Shown piece by piece: positions 47,834-58,276 of a stretch of DNA of 64,000 nt (position 1 is the first letter of the stretch; every line of letters begins with the position of its first letter). The stretch covers positions 608,001 to 672,000 of the forward strand of contig CBDCDA010000002.1 in assembly GCA_965215335.1 (NCBI GenBank), in the 5' to 3' direction. The position numbers were made by a program, and so were the translations under genes. This stretch comes from an uncultured Candidatus Entotheonella sp. Its GTDB lineage: Bacteria; Tectomicrobia; Entotheonellia; Entotheonellales; Entotheonellaceae. The notes under the pieces were generated by a model. It was not told the origin of the DNA. It saw only the letters and a program-made list of their open reading frames with translations, and ran no database searches.

Positions 47834-49171
47834 GTAAGCGTTCAGGGGAGCCAAGTGTGCAGGTATCTATTGCATGACGGCCCTATTATGGGCTACGGTC
47901 ACACTCGTTTTTCGCTCTCCCGTTGCCCTTCTCAGGAAGTCCCGAATGGAACCGTCGATACCGCCTGAGTCGCTGTCGCAAACCGATTGGCAGCACACAC
48001 CACCGGCTGTACAAGCCTGTCTCTTCACCCTGCACCAACGCCTGGCCCAACTCCAGGAACAAATCGACCAACTCCAAAAGCGCTTGCAACGCACGTCCAA
48101 GACATCCGACAAACCACCCTCGTCGGATTCACCCTTCCAAAGACCTGTCAGCAAGCAAGACAAGCCCCCAGGCAAACGGGGCGCACGAATGGGCCATCCT
48201 GGGTCAGGCTCCAGATTGCGCCGTCCCACCGAGCGGCGGGCCATCCATCCCGGACCTTGTGCCTGCGGCCAGGGCGTACTTGGCCAGACAGCGCCGTATC
48301 ACCTCCATCAGGTCATGGAGTTGCCACCCATGGCGTTGCACGTCACCCACTGGGTCTTGCGCCAAGGCCGATGTTCAGGCTGTGGCCGGCTGCTCAAGGC
48401 CCGCCTCCCCAAGGCGCAGCAAACCGGCCATGGCCCGCGTCTGACGGCCTTGATTGGCGAACTCAGTGCCATGCACCGCATCTCCCGGCGCGGCGTACAG
48501 GATTTCTGTCGCTCGGTGTTGGGTGCGCCAAATCAGCCTGGGGGCGATTCGGCGTCCGGGTCTTTGATCAAGGATTGGCGCGGCATCCTGGTCAGTGACG
48601 GCTACGGGGTGTATCAAGCCTGGGGCAATGCTCGTCAGACCTGCTTGGCGCATCTCATTCGCCGTGCCCGGGAGTTGTCGCAGCGACAGGTTCCTGGCCT
48701 TGCTGCCTGTGGCAAGGCGGTCCTGCAGGAACTCCAGCGTTTGTGTCAGATGGCTCACGCGCCGCCAAGTGGGGGGCAATGGCAGGCATGGTATGCGCGG
48801 TTGTGTCGTCTGATGAAACGCCATGGGCTGCGCCCTGATGATGGCGGTCGTCTGGTGAGGTGCTTACGGCGCGAGTTGGGTTCGTTGTGGGTGTTTCTCA
48901 ACGAGTCGGGAGTTGAGCCGACCAACAACCGGGCGGAGCGCGCCTTGCGCTTTGGTGTGTTGTGGCGCAAGAGTTCCTTGGGTACGGCGAGTATCAAGGG
49001 CAATGCCTGGGTGCAACGGAGTCTGTCGCTGCGTCAGACATGTCGGCAACTGGAACAATCGACCTTCTCGGTGTTGGTTGACGCCCTTGAGGCGTTCATG
49101 CACGATCGTCCGCCTGACCTCTCTTGGCTCTATGATAACCCCTCCCATTGCACGGCCCTCTGAACGCTTAC
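47834..49171 (+). mobile_element. IS66-family element with internally deleted transposase (ORF 47874-49163)
   Basis: IRs GTAAGCGTTCAG (47834-45) / CTGAACGCTTAC (49160-71); SDKPPSSD, LVSDGYGVY, QTCLAHLIR, PTNNRAERALR; no TSD. Confidence 0.9.
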
Positions 49172-49881
49172 GATCCGCAGTACGTACTTCCTCTTCGATA
49201 TTGGCACGGTTGGACATGACGGTGGTGACGTGGCCGCCAAGGATGTCGTGCACATAGCGCAACCGCGCCGGGTTCACGTCCAGAATGCTCACGTAGGCGC
49301 CGATGCCGACGGCCACCTGACAGGCACTCGCGCCGGCAATGCCAGCCCCGAGAATGACCACGTGTCCGGGCTTCACGCCGGATGCGCCGCTCAGCAAGAC
49401 GCCCCGCCCGCCGTTTTGGGCTTGCAGGCTCCAGGCCCCGACTTGAATCGCCAGCCGTCCGGCCACTTCGCTCATCGGCGCCAGCAACGGCAACGAGCCG
49501 TCCTCCAACTGAATGATTTCATACCCAAGCGCTGTCACCTGGCGATCCAGCAGCAGCCGGGATCAGCCGGGTGAGTCGTTCTTTGGCGGCGAGGTGGAGG
49601 TAGGTGAAGAGGATCAGGCCGGGCCGCAAAAACGGGTACTCAGCGGCCAGCGGCTCTTTGACCTTGAGGATGAGGTCGGCCTGCGTCCAGACGTCTTCGG
49701 CGGAATCCTGAATACGAGCCCCGGCCGCGGCATATGCCTCGTCCGAGAGGCTGCTCCCGGCCCCGGCCTGCGTTTCGATCACAACGCGGTGACCGTGCGC
49801 CACCAAGGCGGCGACGCCGCTGGGCGTGATGGCGACACGATTCTCCTCGGCTTTGATTTCCTTGGGAATACCGAGCATCAT
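49172..49881 (-). pseudogene. ald: Alanine dehydrogenase, frameshifted (~49560) and truncated by IS66
   Basis: GIPKEIKAEENRVA, LKVKEP, FTYLHLAA, LPLLAPMSEVAGR, VVILGAGIAG; sequence stops at the IS66 IR. Confidence 0.9.
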
Positions 49882-49963
49882 GAGGTTTTTCCTATCAGCG
49901 ATTTACATCGAAGGCATGCTTGGCGTGTCTTGACGGCAAGCACGAAGGCGGTGTGGGACGCCT

Positions 49964-51043
49964 CTAACTCGCGCCGCCGACGGCGAGGCCGCTGGTCTGG
50001 CGGCGTGGGGTGCGCTGGTGCCAGTAAACGAGCAACGGACTGGCGATGAAGAGGGTCGAGAAGGTCCCGGCAATGACGCCGACGAGCAGGGCGAAGGCAA
50101 AGCCGCGGATGACCTCGCCGCCGAGGAGGAGCAGGGACACGATGACGATGAGGGTCAGGCCCGAGGTGAGGACGGTACGGCTGAGGGTTTGATTGAGGCT
50201 TTCGTTGACGACCGTCGGAAAGTTGTCCCAGCGGCGGCTGCGCATGTTTTCGCGCACGCGGTCGAAGATGACGATGGTGTCATTCAGGGAGTAGCCGATG
50301 ATGGTCAGCAGCGCCGCCACCACCTGCAGGTCGAATTCGCGGTTGAAGATCGACAGCAGACCCACGGTGACGAGCACATCGTGATACACGGCGACCAGCG
50401 CCGCCAACGCGTAGTGCAGCCGCAGCAGCAGGCTGAATACCGTCGTGACGGCCAGGGCGACGACGATCAGGACGGTGGGGGAGACATTGGGCAGCCACTG
50501 CATGATGGGGTACGTCACGATGAAAATGGTACCCGCCAGGGCGAGCGAGATGAGCCACTTGGCCTCAAAGCGTCCGGACAGATAGATCACGATGCCCAGC
50601 ACGGCGTAAAACAGGGCGAACAGCGCCTTGCGTCGCAAATCCGCGCTGACCTGCGGTCCCACCACCTCCACCCGCAGAATTTCCACCTGATGCTGCGGGA
50701 ACTTCTGCTGCAAGACTTCCTGCAGCTGCACCGCGGTGTTGGACATGTCCGCGTTCGATTGCGCGACCCGAATCAGCACTTCGGCGTTGCTGCCGAAATG
50801 CTGCACGATGCTTTGCTCCAGACCCACCGGCGCCAGCGCCTCGCGCACCACGCCGAGTTCCACGTCTTGCCCGAAACCTAGGTGCAGCAGGGTGCCGCCG
50901 CTGAAGTCGATACCCTGTTTCAGGCCGCCGTGCAGCGCGATGGAGCCCAAGCCAAGAAGGATGACGACCACGGAGGCGATGACACAGACCTTGGTCTTTC
51001 CGATGAAATCGATGCGGAGTCCGCTGGGGATCAATTCGAGCAT
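49964..51043 (-). CDS. secF: Protein translocase subunit SecF
   Basis: GIDFSGGT, VGPQVS, GYSLNDTIVIFDRVREN, QTLSRT. Confidence 0.96.
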   Translation of the reverse strand: MLELIPSGLRIDFIGKTKVCVIASVVVILLGLGSIALHGGLKQGIDFSGGTLLHLGFGQDVELGVVREALAPVGLEQSIVQHFGSNAEVLIRVAQSNADMSNTAVQLQEVLQQKFPQHQVEILRVEVVGPQVSADLRRKALFALFYAVLGIVIYLSGRFEAKWLISLALAGTIFIVTYPIMQWLPNVSPTVLIVVALAVTTVFSLLLRLHYALAALVAVYHDVLVTVGLLSIFNREFDLQVVAALLTIIGYSLNDTIVIFDRVRENMRSRRWDNFPTVVNESLNQTLSRTVLTSGLTLIVIVSLLLLGGEVIRGFAFALLVGVIAGTFSTLFIASPLLVYWHQRTPRRQTSGLAVGGAS

Positions 51044-51058
51044 GATGAATGAACCTGT

Positions 51059-52621
51059 CTAGACGCTCAGTCTGTTGACTTGCCGCAAACTGAAGACCGT
51101 TTCGAAGATGGTGCGGCTGACGAACACCGCCGTGAACATGCTGGCCGACAGGCCGATGCTGAGGGTTACGGCAAAGCCCTTGATAGGCCCCGATCCGAAC
51201 TGGAACAGAACCACGGCGCCGATCAGGGTGGTGACGTTGGCGTCCAGAATGGCCGTGAAGGCCCTGCCAAAGCCTGCATCGACGGCGCCGCGCACCGATT
51301 TTCCGAGTCGCAATTCTTCGCGGATACGCTCGAAAATCAGGACGTTGGCGTCGATGGCCATGCCGAGAGTCAGCAGGATGCCGGCGATGCCCGGCAGGGT
51401 CAGGGTGGCGCCGAGGCCGGGGAGCGCCAGGACGCCCATCAGGATGAGCAGGTTCAGGCCCAGGGCGACGTCGGCGACGAGGCCGGACATGCGGTAATAG
51501 GTCAGCATGAAGAGGATGACCAGGGCGCCGCCGAGCAGGGTTGAGCGCAGCCCCCGGCTGATCGAGTCGCTGCCCAGCGATGGGCCGACGGTGCGGTTTT
51601 CGATGATGCTGACGGGTGCGGGCAGGGCGCCTTCGCGTAGCACGATGGCGAGGTCGCGCGCCTCCTCCGGTGTGAACGTGCCGGTGATTTGTGCCTCGCC
51701 GCCGAGAATGGGTTCCTGGATCACCGGCGCCGAAAATATGGTGTCATCGAGCACGATTGCCAAGGCGCGCCCGACGTTTTCCTGCGTCAGGCGGGCGAAC
51801 AGGCGCTTGCCGCGGCTGTTGAGCCGCATCTGTACGTAGTACTGTCCGAACTGATACTGATCCGGCAACGCGCGGGCGTCGGCCAGCATGTTGCCGGTGA
51901 GTCCGGCGCGGCGCTCGACGACATAGGCCTGGCCCCGGACCATTAGCTGCGTCTGCGGGTCTTTCACCTTTTCGTAGAGGATTTCGGTGCCGGGCGGGGC
52001 GGGGTCGTTGGGGTTGGTGGCCAGTGACTGCACCAGCTTGAATTCTAGCTGGGCGGTCCTGCCGATCAGGTCGATGGCGCGCTGGGCGTCTTCGAGGCCG
52101 GGGAGCTGGATGACGATGCGCCGGGCGCCTTGGCGGCTGATGCTGGGTTCGCTGACCCCGAAGGCGTCCACGCGGTTGCGGATTTTCTCGAGCGCCTGAT
52201 TCACCGCGTCGCTGCGGATCTGGTTCAGTTCATCGGCTGGAATCTCATACGTCCAGACCTCCGGGGATTGCTCAACGGCTTGGGAAAAAGGCAGCGCGTT
52301 CAGCACGGCGTCATTCACCGCCGCTCGCTCGGGCGGCTCACGAAACAGCAGGCGGATGCCCTGCATGCCATAGGGTTCCACGGCCACAATGCCGACCCCG
52401 GCGGCCAGCAGGTCCTTGCGAACGGTTTCGGCGGTGCGTTCGAGCGATTGCTCCACCGCCTTGTCAACCTGTACCTCCAGCACGAGGTGCAGGCCACCAC
52501 GCAAGTCCAGCCCCAGCGAGATTTTCTCTCCCGGCGGCATGGACAGCACCAAGCTGGCAATAATCACGACGCCTACAACGGCGAGTCTGATCAATAAGGT
52601 CCGTCCCACGTTGTCTCCCAC
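51059..52621 (-). CDS. secD: Protein translocase subunit SecD
   Basis: LGLDLRGG, RVDAFGVSEP, TVGPSLG, AIDANVLIFERIREE. Confidence 0.96.
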   Translation of the reverse strand: MGDNVGRTLLIRLAVVGVVIIASLVLSMPPGEKISLGLDLRGGLHLVLEVQVDKAVEQSLERTAETVRKDLLAAGVGIVAVEPYGMQGIRLLFREPPERAAVNDAVLNALPFSQAVEQSPEVWTYEIPADELNQIRSDAVNQALEKIRNRVDAFGVSEPSISRQGARRIVIQLPGLEDAQRAIDLIGRTAQLEFKLVQSLATNPNDPAPPGTEILYEKVKDPQTQLMVRGQAYVVERRAGLTGNMLADARALPDQYQFGQYYVQMRLNSRGKRLFARLTQENVGRALAIVLDDTIFSAPVIQEPILGGEAQITGTFTPEEARDLAIVLREGALPAPVSIIENRTVGPSLGSDSISRGLRSTLLGGALVILFMLTYYRMSGLVADVALGLNLLILMGVLALPGLGATLTLPGIAGILLTLGMAIDANVLIFERIREELRLGKSVRGAVDAGFGRAFTAILDANVTTLIGAVVLFQFGSGPIKGFAVTLSIGLSASMFTAVFVSRTIFETVFSLRQVNRLSV

Positions 52622-52647
52622 GCATGGCCTGCAAAGAGCGTTCTGGA

Positions 52648-53034
52648 TCAGCTGTCCCGCACCACCTGATCGACGTAGTCACGTCGCATCTTCAGCTTGA
52701 TGCCGTTGCCCAATTCGAGACGCAGCGATTTCTCTTCGACCTTGTCGATGACGCCCTCAAGGCCGCCGCGGGTGACGATGCGGTCGCCCTTTTTGAGGCC
52801 GGCGACCAGCTGCTGGAATTCCTTGCGCTGCTTTTGCTGCGGACGGAAAATCAGGAAGTAGAAAATGAGGATGAGAGGGAGGAAAAGGAACAGTGAACTC
52901 AGTAAATCACCCGCCCCGCCGAATATCGACCCTTGAGCGTACGCAATATCTACCCACAAAGCAGGATTCCTTCCCGATATGGATGCCACAAATGATGCAA
53001 ATATAGCATTCAGGCTGCCGAAAAGCACGGTCAA
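52648..53034 (-). CDS. yajC: Preprotein translocase subunit YajC (start uncertain)
   Basis: IFYFLIFRPQQKQRK...LKKGDRIVTRGGLEG; upstream of secD. Confidence 0.93.
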   Translation of the reverse strand: MTVLFGSLNAIFASFVASISGRNPALWVDIAYAQGSIFGGAGDLLSSLFLFLPLILIFYFLIFRPQQKQRKEFQQLVAGLKKGDRIVTRGGLEGVIDKVEEKSLRLELGNGIKLKMRRDYVDQVVRDS

Positions 53035-53211
53035 AATCGGCCCTTCCTCCGCGAATGAGAAGGTCTGTTTCTGTGCCTTGTCTTCTCCACCCTGCTCATC
53101 TATGATCTACCGCCTTTTGAGCATGGCGTTGCGGAGCGGGGGGGCCGCCGTACCACAGGATCGCATGGCGGACGCTGCGAGCTTGTCCGGAGAGATAGGG
53201 GAACGAGATCC

Positions 53212-54846
53212 ATGGCCCGCAACGAGCAGGAGTGGCGGATTCGCACGGCGCAGTTCTACGAATCGCTCTACGCTTGTGTGTGGCAATACCTGGAGAGCCT
53301 GCTGGGCGCCGCTGCAGCACTGGATCTCGTCACCCTGAGCCGCAATGCGCTGCGTGAGCGCTACCCGTTTCTGTCGTATTTCGAGTGGTCCGCACAGGGG
53401 CTGGAGCCGGGCAGCATGGCGAAGGCCATCGCCGGCGAGAAGCGGGAACAGGTGCACGCCGGTTGCGAACGGTTCTTGCAAGGCGTGCACACGGTCGTGC
53501 GCGAGGTCGGCGGCGATACCCTGGCGCAGCGTCTGGCGGCGACAACCGAGCAGCAACGGGGCGACCTCGAACGCGTCAAGGGTTCCCATCTTGCCACGCA
53601 AGAATCGGATGTCGTCGCCCCCACATCCGAAGCGACAATGCCGCTGTTGCAGGAGGTGGCGCGGCAAGCGCTGCGACTGTATGGCCGCTTGCAGAGGCAA
53701 CCAACCCTACCGTTTACCATCCAGGCTGCCACCCATGGCGTCACACCGAATGCCACCGACGCGCTCGTCGCCATCCCCGAGCCATCCAAGGATCTGGCCC
53801 GCTCCGAAGCCTTCTATCACGGTCTGTTTGACCTGTCTCCCGACGGCGTGGTCGTCACCAATTCCACCGGCATTATCCTGAAAGCCAATCCACGTGCTGC
53901 CGAGCTGCTGGAGTTCGACGGCCCGGAGGTCATGGTCGGGCTGGACGCCGTGGAGTTCTACGTGCATCCCGAACAGCGCCTGGTGCTGTTGGAGCAGGTC
54001 ACCCAGCGTCACCATATCGAGGGCCGCGGCAGCGAGCTCCGCACCCGCCGTGGACGCACCATCATCGTCCAGGCATCCACGCGCCTCATCGAATATGAAG
54101 GGCAGGTCTGCCTGCTGTCCGTGTTCCGCGACGTCACCGAACGCGCCCGACTGCGGCAGGAAATGGAGGATTTCGCCTACTCCGCCAGCCACGATTTGCA
54201 GGCCCCGCTGCGCACCTTCGAGGGCTACGCGCGCTGGCTCGTCGACGACTACGGCGAGGTTTTGGGCGATGCGGGCCGCCAGTTGTGCGAGGAGATCATC
54301 GACGACGCCCTGCACATGAAACAGCTCCTTGACAGCCTGCTGGAATACTCCCGCATCGGGCGCATTCATACTCAGGCGACGAACGTCGACGTGCGGCGAG
54401 TGCTCGACCGGGTACTGCACGATCTGCAACTCGAGGTGACCGATACGGGTGCGGACGTCCAACTGCCCGAGTCGCTGCCCACCGTGATGTATTCCGAGGT
54501 GCGGCTGGTGCAGATTTTCAGCAACCTGATCAGCAACGCGCTTAAATTCACCAATGGCGAAGCGCCGCGTGTGACCGTGGCGTACGAGGACCAGGAACGC
54601 TACCACCGCTTTGCGGTGAGCGACGCCGGCATCGGCATTGCCGAGGAACATTTCGGGCGCATTTTCGAGATTTTCAAGCGGCTGCATACCCGTGAGGCGT
54701 ATCCGGGCACCGGCGCCGGGCTGACCATCGTCAAGAAAATCATCGAGTCGAACGGCGGCCAGATCGGGGTGGCGTCGACGCCCGGCGCCGGCTCGACGTT
54801 CTGGTTCACGATTCCGAAAATGGAGGGTTCAGGATGCGGCGCCTGA
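53212..54846 (+). CDS. Cytoplasmic PAS sensor histidine kinase
   Basis: PAS (FDLSPDGVVVTN), ASHDLQAPLR H-box, NLISNALKF, GTGAGL. Confidence 0.93.
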   Translation: MARNEQEWRIRTAQFYESLYACVWQYLESLLGAAAALDLVTLSRNALRERYPFLSYFEWSAQGLEPGSMAKAIAGEKREQVHAGCERFLQGVHTVVREVGGDTLAQRLAATTEQQRGDLERVKGSHLATQESDVVAPTSEATMPLLQEVARQALRLYGRLQRQPTLPFTIQAATHGVTPNATDALVAIPEPSKDLARSEAFYHGLFDLSPDGVVVTNSTGIILKANPRAAELLEFDGPEVMVGLDAVEFYVHPEQRLVLLEQVTQRHHIEGRGSELRTRRGRTIIVQASTRLIEYEGQVCLLSVFRDVTERARLRQEMEDFAYSASHDLQAPLRTFEGYARWLVDDYGEVLGDAGRQLCEEIIDDALHMKQLLDSLLEYSRIGRIHTQATNVDVRRVLDRVLHDLQLEVTDTGADVQLPESLPTVMYSEVRLVQIFSNLISNALKFTNGEAPRVTVAYEDQERYHRFAVSDAGIGIAEEHFGRIFEIFKRLHTREAYPGTGAGLTIVKKIIESNGGQIGVASTPGAGSTFWFTIPKMEGSGCGA

Positions 54847-55274
54847 CCGTGCTGCTCGTGGAGGACAATCCGCGCGACGTGCGTCTGACGCAGCGGGCCT
54901 TTGCGCAGGCCAGCATTCCGCACGAACTGCGGGTGGTGCGCGATGGCGACGAGGCGCTGGACTACCTCCACCGCGAGGGCGCCTACACGGTTCCCGACAG
55001 CTCACCGCGTCCGGACATGATCTTGCTCGACCTCAACCTGCCGCGCATGGGCGGGCATGATCTGGTACAGCGCGTCAAGCAAGACGTGCGCTTCCGGCAG
55101 GTACCCATCATCGTTCTGACGACGTCCGGGCGTTCCGATGACGTGCGCCAAGCCTATGAGAACGGCGTCAACGCCTATCTGCTGAAACCCGTTGAATTCA
55201 GCCGTTTCACGGAGGTCATTGGCCACCTGGCGAGTTTCTGGTTGGAAACGGTCGAATTGCCGCCGGAATTATAG
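54834..55274 (+). CDS. Single-domain response regulator (Rcp1-like)
   Basis: VLLVEDN, ILLDLNLP, LTTS, YLLKP. Confidence 0.93.
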   Translation: MRRLTVLLVEDNPRDVRLTQRAFAQASIPHELRVVRDGDEALDYLHREGAYTVPDSSPRPDMILLDLNLPRMGGHDLVQRVKQDVRFRQVPIIVLTTSGRSDDVRQAYENGVNAYLLKPVEFSRFTEVIGHLASFWLETVELPPEL

Positions 55275-55307
55275 AGAAGGTCTGGCAGTCTCAGGAGGAA
55301 ACAACCG

Positions 55308-55802
55308 ATGGCAACCCCATCTTACCGACTCTTGGTGATCGACGATTCAAAGCGCGACACGCTGCTGCTCGAGCGCATCCTGCAGCAGGCCAATGACGCC
55401 AGTTTTACGATCACCCACAGCGATTCGGCACGCGCCGGGCTGGAAGAACTCGCCTCCCAGACCTACGACTTGGTGCTGTTGGATTACTATCTGCCGGACA
55501 TGGACGGTCTGGCTTTTCTGGCAGCGAAACAACAGCGGGGCATGGCAACACCGGTGATCATGCTGACGGCTTTCGGTGAGGAACGCCTGCCGGTCGCGGC
55601 CATGCAGGCTGGCGCGCTGGATTATTTCCGCAAGGATCAGGTGAACTCGGGATTGCTTGGCAAGGCCATCCAGCAGGCAATCGAAAAGGCTCGCCTGCAG
55701 ACCAGCGCCGCCGCGGACGCCGCACGGCTGCGCGAAATGGCGGAAACGATAGCCCGGTTGCAGGCCCAACTGCGGGCGTTGCAACAGGATAAAGGGGCCT
55801 GA
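55308..55802 (+). CDS. Response regulator receiver protein with coiled-coil tail
   Basis: LLVIDDS, LLDYYLPDMDG, MLTA, GALDY. Confidence 0.9.
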   Translation: MATPSYRLLVIDDSKRDTLLLERILQQANDASFTITHSDSARAGLEELASQTYDLVLLDYYLPDMDGLAFLAAKQQRGMATPVIMLTAFGEERLPVAAMQAGALDYFRKDQVNSGLLGKAIQQAIEKARLQTSAAADAARLREMAETIARLQAQLRALQQDKGA

Positions 55803-55815
55803 GGCGCGGCGTGCG

Positions 55816-56700
55816 TCAGGTTTCAGGCGGCTTCAGGAGCGCTTCGATCTGCTGCGTGGTTTTCGGGCTGAGCGTCTGTTTTTCAACGCCAAACGGCACT
55901 GCTGCGCGGGCCAGCTCGCGGTACAGAGGCAGCACCTCCGGCGCGCGGGCGGCCAGCGCTTCGACATGCTTGCGAATCGTTCCCAGATCGCCCCGCGCGT
56001 AGGGGCCGGCAACCGCGCCGGGCACTCCCGAACGCTCCAGGTTGTTCACGACTCCCCGCATCATCGGCACCAGCGCCTCAACCCCCTCGGCCCGCGAGTA
56101 TCCACATTGTTCCCATAATTGCGCCGCGGTGGCTGCCAGACACGTCAACAGATTGCCCATCATGACGCCCGACAGGTGATAGATCGCCTTGTCCTCAGCG
56201 TTCAGGAATACCGGCTTGCCACCGATGGCCCGCGCCATGTCCGCCAAGGCCGTTCGCACCTCCGGGTCGCCCTCGATGCCGAATGTCGTTTCCGGAACGC
56301 TGTCCACGCCGTTTTCCACCGACGAAAATGCCTGCAGCGGGTGAAACGCCCCGGCCGCCGCCCCTTGGCTTGCCGGATGCTGGAATACGTCCAACGACGT
56401 GGCCCCTGAGCAATGCACAACCACCTGTCCGGCCTTCCATGTCACGCCTTCCGCAACGCCCCGAATGGCGTCATCCGTCGTGCTGATGACGACCAGTTGC
56501 GCCATCTCCGCCACCTCTTGGGCCGTGCGATATGCCTGACACGTCTCAATGCGCGCGGCGAACCGCCGTGCCGAAGCGAACGTCCGGCTCCCGATGGCTA
56601 TCACTCGATACCCGGCACGCGACAAGCACACACTCAAGGATCCCCCCACCGCCCCGGCGCCGATAAAGCCGATTTTCGATGTCCGGTCGAACAATGCCAT
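55816..56700 (-). CDS. Rossmann-like / DUF2520 oxidoreductase
   Basis: IGFIGAGAVG, VVHCSGA, FHPLQAF, GPYARGD. Confidence 0.88.
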   Translation of the reverse strand: MALFDRTSKIGFIGAGAVGGSLSVCLSRAGYRVIAIGSRTFASARRFAARIETCQAYRTAQEVAEMAQLVVISTTDDAIRGVAEGVTWKAGQVVVHCSGATSLDVFQHPASQGAAAGAFHPLQAFSSVENGVDSVPETTFGIEGDPEVRTALADMARAIGGKPVFLNAEDKAIYHLSGVMMGNLLTCLAATAAQLWEQCGYSRAEGVEALVPMMRGVVNNLERSGVPGAVAGPYARGDLGTIRKHVEALAARAPEVLPLYRELARAAVPFGVEKQTLSPKTTQQIEALLKPPET

Positions 56701-56714
56701 ACAAATGATCCCTC

Positions 56715-58088
56715 CTAACCTGACTTGCGGGGGAATTCGAGCAGGGCCTGTTCGACCACCTCCGTGAGGGCCGGATGGATGTAGATCGTGCCGGCCATCT
56801 CGTCAACCGTCTGGCCGTACTTCATGCCCTGCACCAGCGGCTGGATGAGCAGCGAGGCGTGCGGCCCCATGATGTGCGCGCCCAGCAGCAGACGGCTGGC
56901 GGTGTCGGCGAGCAGCTTGATGAAGCTGTCGGTGTCGCCGATGGCCCAGCCGTAGGCGGTGTCGGCGTACAGGCGGCGCGCCATCATGTAGGAATGACCT
57001 TGCTGAACGGCATCGCGCTCGGTGAGGCCGACGGAGGCCACCTGCGGGTCGCCGAAGACGGCGTTGGGGACGCCGTCGTAATCGACCGGGTGCTTGTCGC
57101 CGCCCAGGAGATGCCGCGCGATGGCCCTGGCTTCCGCGTTGGCGATATGTTTGAGCGGATGGCGGGAAGCCAGGTCGCCGAATGCGAAAATGCCGGGGAC
57201 GCTGGTTTCCATTCCGGCGTCGGTCAGCACGCGCCCGCGGCTGTCCACCTCGATACCGGCGGCCGCGACGTTCAGGCGGTCCGAGTTGGGGTGCCGGCCG
57301 CTGGCGACGAGCACGGTATCGACCCTGACCGTGCGGGGTACGCCGTCGATGTCGACCTGTACGGCGACGCGGCCATCCTCCGGGCTGACGCGGCGAACCT
57401 TACCGTGCAACAAGACGTCGAAGCGCCGCTGATAGATGCGGGTGAACGCCTGCGCCACGTCGTCATCCTGACGCTTGATGAGCGCTCCACCGCGATCGGT
57501 GAGGGTGACGTGCGTTCCCAACGAGCCGAAGAAGTGCGCCATTTCCACACCGATATACCCGCCGCCGACGATCAGCAGGGAGCGCGGCTGCGTCTGCAGC
57601 CGCATAATGGTGTCCGAGGTATGGTATGGGATGCTGTCCAGACCCGGGATGTCCGGCACCACCGGGCGCGCCCCGGTGCCGAGAACGATGCGCTCCGCCG
57701 TGATGGGGTGACCGCCCGTTTCCAGAACGCGTGGCGCCACGAACCGCGCCGGGGCGTCATATACCGTCACGTGCGGCTGCGACTTGCGGTATTGGGCGCC
57801 CGCCTCGGCAGCCGGGTCGATCTTCTCCCACACCCGGCCCACGAGCCGCTGCCAGTCGACGCGATCCAGGGTATGGTGTACCCCCAGCCGTGCTCCGTGC
57901 CGCGCCGTTTCGGCAACCTCCGCCGCATACAACAACATCTTGGATGGGATGCAGCCGCGGTTCAGGCACGTGCCGCCAAACTTGTCCGGCTCTACAATCG
58001 CCAGTCGCCACGTATCCATTTCAGGCACGGGAATCATGTTCCCGGAACCCGCTCCAACGATGATCAGGTCGAATTTTTCGGTATGCAT
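56715..58088 (-). CDS. Class I pyridine nucleotide-disulfide oxidoreductase (mycothione-reductase/lipoamide dehydrogenase family)
   Basis: IVGAGSGN, GGTCLNRGCIPSK, GGGYIGVE, IHPALTEVVE; start taken at MHTEKF. Confidence 0.9.
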   Translation of the reverse strand: MHTEKFDLIIVGAGSGNMIPVPEMDTWRLAIVEPDKFGGTCLNRGCIPSKMLLYAAEVAETARHGARLGVHHTLDRVDWQRLVGRVWEKIDPAAEAGAQYRKSQPHVTVYDAPARFVAPRVLETGGHPITAERIVLGTGARPVVPDIPGLDSIPYHTSDTIMRLQTQPRSLLIVGGGYIGVEMAHFFGSLGTHVTLTDRGGALIKRQDDDVAQAFTRIYQRRFDVLLHGKVRRVSPEDGRVAVQVDIDGVPRTVRVDTVLVASGRHPNSDRLNVAAAGIEVDSRGRVLTDAGMETSVPGIFAFGDLASRHPLKHIANAEARAIARHLLGGDKHPVDYDGVPNAVFGDPQVASVGLTERDAVQQGHSYMMARRLYADTAYGWAIGDTDSFIKLLADTASRLLLGAHIMGPHASLLIQPLVQGMKYGQTVDEMAGTIYIHPALTEVVEQALLEFPRKSG

Positions 58089-58276
58089 CGGGAATCTCCC
58101 CGGCTGTTTTTCTGCCTCAAACGGTGCACCCTGTGCAACGATTTTAGGCTTGCCCACTATCCAACCGATTCGGTAAAGTGGCGCGTTTCCAACTGCGGGC
58201 AGGGCGGGATTCAGCACGCATAGCCTGAAGCCCCACGAGGACAGGTGAATCAGGTTCTGAAGGAGTCGGTAACATC

